Positions 29,835-32,000 of a stretch of 32,000 nt of DNA are shown in pieces; positions within the stretch are counted from its first letter, which is position 1, and each line of letters begins with the position of its first letter. The stretch covers positions 1 to 32,000 of the forward strand of contig CP104013.1 of the NCBI GenBank assembly GCA_025839675.1, given 5' to 3'. Source of the stretch: Candidatus Lokiarchaeum ossiferum. GTDB taxonomy: Archaea > Asgardarchaeota > Lokiarchaeia > Sigyniarchaeales > Promethearchaeaceae. The notes beneath the pieces are model-generated. The model was given only the letters and a program-made list of their open reading frames with translations. It made no database searches and had not been told where the DNA came from. The position numbers and the translations under genes are program-made.

Positions 29835-31013
29835 ATGGATAATGGAAATCATCTAACTGAGAAAGACATCAAAGTTTTAATGGCTTTAGAAGAAAAACCT
29901 TTGGCCACATTTGATGAACTTGCATCAATGACCGGTTTTCCCAAATCCAGCGTTTTTAATATCTATGAATCCCTAAATGAAGAGAAAAAAGAAGAGTTGC
30001 CCTTTTTTTCAGTCTTAGCCCTTCCAAATATCAAGAATTTAGGGTTGGAAATAGTAGACGTTATTGTGGAATCTCCAAAATCTTCCCAATATAAATTTTT
30101 AAAGGAATTTTGTCTTGAACACCCATATACAGCTTATGACGGGAGATCTTATGGAAGTACCAATGGGATGTTGATCCAATTTCGAATTCCCCAAGGAACT
30201 AGTTCCTTTATTGAAGAAGTATTTCATCACTTCTCTTCTTGTGGGATTATTGAATCCTTTCAGTTATTCTCTTTTCCTGATAATTATATTTATACTACAA
30301 CTCAAGTTAAATATTGGAACCATTCTGCTTTATCTTGGGATTTTAGCTGGAAATCATGGTTCAATTTGGAAAACTCGTTGTGGGATCAAGGAACTTTTGA
30401 ACAAGAAAAAATAGCATCCCAACCTAAATTAAACCAGGGAGTCGTGGAGCCATCAGCATTAAAATGGTTGAAACAAAGTGATATCCACATTCTAATTGAA
30501 CTTATGAAAAATTCTCGACGGAAACGGGTCGAATTCATGCAGAAGCTTGAAGAAAACAAGAATTTGAAGTTTACACGTCAGACTTTTAGTCGAAGGCTCA
30601 AAAAACTCTCAGAAGAATGTGTGCAAGGGCATCGATTATTTTTTAAATCTCATGCTTTCGATCTTCACAATCCAACTTTATTGATAGGATATGCTTCTGA
30701 GCGTTTTATTGAAAATCTCTATATTCATTTGCAGAAACACCCCATACCATTTACCTCGACATTTAAGCATAATAAAAAATCCTTCTTCTGGTATATTCAT
30801 ATGCCCTCAACTCACCTATCAGATCTCTTATTTGAATTAAATCCTTATTTAGAAAACTTACAATTAAATGTAATTGATCATCCTCGAAGTCTGATATATT
30901 ATTTCTATGCTAAAGCGTTTGATGAAAAAACAAAACAATGGAATAAATCACATGATTTCATGGTTGATGATGTTTTGACGTATATGGATGATTGGAAGAA
31001 AAAGAATAAATGA
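29835..31013 (+). CDS. putative transcription regulator with two Lrp/AsnC-like HTH modules
   Basis: HTH 1 is LTEKDIKVLMALEEKPLATFDELASMTGFPKSSVFNIYESL, followed by a RAM-like beta-alpha segment. HTH 2 is LKQSDIHILIELMKNSRRKRVEFMQKL...FTRQTFSRRLKKL. Confidence 0.55.
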   Translation: MDNGNHLTEKDIKVLMALEEKPLATFDELASMTGFPKSSVFNIYESLNEEKKEELPFFSVLALPNIKNLGLEIVDVIVESPKSSQYKFLKEFCLEHPYTAYDGRSYGSTNGMLIQFRIPQGTSSFIEEVFHHFSSCGIIESFQLFSFPDNYIYTTTQVKYWNHSALSWDFSWKSWFNLENSLWDQGTFEQEKIASQPKLNQGVVEPSALKWLKQSDIHILIELMKNSRRKRVEFMQKLEENKNLKFTRQTFSRRLKKLSEECVQGHRLFFKSHAFDLHNPTLLIGYASERFIENLYIHLQKHPIPFTSTFKHNKKSFFWYIHMPSTHLSDLLFELNPYLENLQLNVIDHPRSLIYYFYAKAFDEKTKQWNKSHDFMVDDVLTYMDDWKKKNK

Positions 31014-31147
31014 TTTTACCTTGATTTTGATGAATACACTCTTTCGTTTTAATATCTACGATAATTGAGAAAATTTGTTGAAAAGACTTTTTGAAATTAT
31101 TCTTAAAATTAAAAATTAAGTGTGAATTCTCATTTTTTCAGATACTG

Positions 31148-32000
31148 ATGGATCCAGATAAGAAACTCGAGCAAAAAAGATTAATGGGAATTCGTGGCAA
31201 ATTAATGCTTAATATTCTTTTTGCCAGCGTTATTCCGCTCCTTATTACAATTAGTTATATCATGCTATTTGGAAATATTGAAACTAGCACGCGTTATGAT
31301 ATTTTGTATTTATTTATCGGGATTACACTCGTGTCCATACCAATGGCATGGATCATCGGTCGAAGATATTCTGTTGATATCGTGAAACTTAAAGAAAACA
31401 TTATTCATGAAGAAGATTCAGATTATGTCCCTCACTCCATAGAAAGAAATGATGAAATTGGTGATTTATCTAATGAATTCCTTCGTCTTACTCACAATTT
31501 GCTCGAACAATCAACATTGATTGAAAAAATTGTAGATTCCAGCGCAGCCCCTCTTATTCAACTGAATTATGATTTTGAAATTGTTTTTGTTGGCGAAAGT
31601 TTCTTAAAATTGACTGGATATTCCATGGATTATTATTTAGGGAAAAAACCGACCATTTTATACGCCAACCTTGAAGATTCTAAACGGGTCTCAGAGGTGT
31701 TTTGGAAAGAAAAGCAAATTAAAAATATAAAATATGAACTTGCAAATAATTATTCAAAGAAAATCATTGTCGAAATGTCATCTATACCTTTAATTTCTGA
31801 AGATGGGCAAAATATGGGTTATTTGAATACATATTTCGATGTTACTCAACGAGAACGTGTTATGGACTTTGTGTCTGGGATGGCTTCAAATGTTACTGCC
31901 ATGGGGGGTAATATTGAAAACCAAACACAAAAAATTAATCTTCAAATGAAGGAATTGGCAGGGTCAACTGAGTCCGTCTCTGGTAGTATCAGTTCTCAAG
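31148..32000 (+). CDS. membrane-bound HAMP-PAS-containing transducer, probably a methyl-accepting chemotaxis protein (3' end truncated by the window)
   Basis: This ORF is absent from the ORF track because it runs off the window end. My own translation from the ATG at 31148 is open to 32000. It shows two TM segments, a HAMP-like NDEIGDLSNEFLRLTHNL, a PAS-like segment (PLIQLNYDFEIVFVGESFLKLTGYS), and then the start of an MCP-like signalling region. Confidence 0.6.
   Translation, partial: MDPDKKLEQKRLMGIRGKLMLNILFASVIPLLITISYIMLFGNIETSTRYDILYLFIGITLVSIPMAWIIGRRYSVDIVKLKENIIHEEDSDYVPHSIERNDEIGDLSNEFLRLTHNLLEQSTLIEKIVDSSAAPLIQLNYDFEIVFVGESFLKLTGYSMDYYLGKKPTILYANLEDSKRVSEVFWKEKQIKNIKYELANNYSKKIIVEMSSIPLISEDGQNMGYLNTYFDVTQRERVMDFVSGMASNVTAMGGNIENQTQKINLQMKELAGSTESVSGSISSQ

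Overview
This is an AT-rich archaeal chromosomal segment. The archaeal call rests on the 16S sequence (it contains aggaattggcgggggagcac) and on TTTATATA-type TATA boxes upstream of several genes.

The first ~5.9 kb is ribosomal. A long 23S rRNA (about 566-3748, ~3.18 kb) is followed on the same strand by a 16S rRNA (about 4338-5831). This is the reverse of the usual 16S-23S order, and I see no spacer tRNA and no 5S. All ORF-track entries between 46 and 5851 are artefacts of translating RNA genes.

The remaining 26 kb holds about 25 protein genes:
- M28 peptidase
- a selenophosphate synthetase whose real N-terminus lies upstream of an in-frame TGA (selenocysteine) that truncated the ORF-track call
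- PatB/MalY-type C-S lyase
- endonuclease III-like glycosylase
- DUF1295 membrane protein and a LigB-like protein
- dCMP deaminase
- several multi-pass membrane proteins, including one tandem paralogue pair
- three winged-helix proteins of unknown role
- an orphan EutA-like ASKHA ATPase with a ~205 aa N-terminal extension
- acyltransferase-3 membrane protein
- a secreted subtilase next to a secreted Ig-like plus caspase-fold protease
- an SDR
- a truncated HAMP-PAS-MCP transducer at the window end

I found no CRISPR array, transposase, integrase or tRNA.

The observations most worth follow-up are:
- Sec-containing selD, with a kink-turn-like (AUGA...GA) hairpin in its short 3' UTR
- the oversized 23S, with extra sequence at two sites that appear to match ES9 and ES39
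- the 23S-before-16S layout
- the EutA-like module, which has no ethanolamine lyase partner in this window
- the compositionally distinct secreted protease pair

Together these features suggest a Lokiarchaeia-like Asgard archaeon. That is inference and needs a database search.
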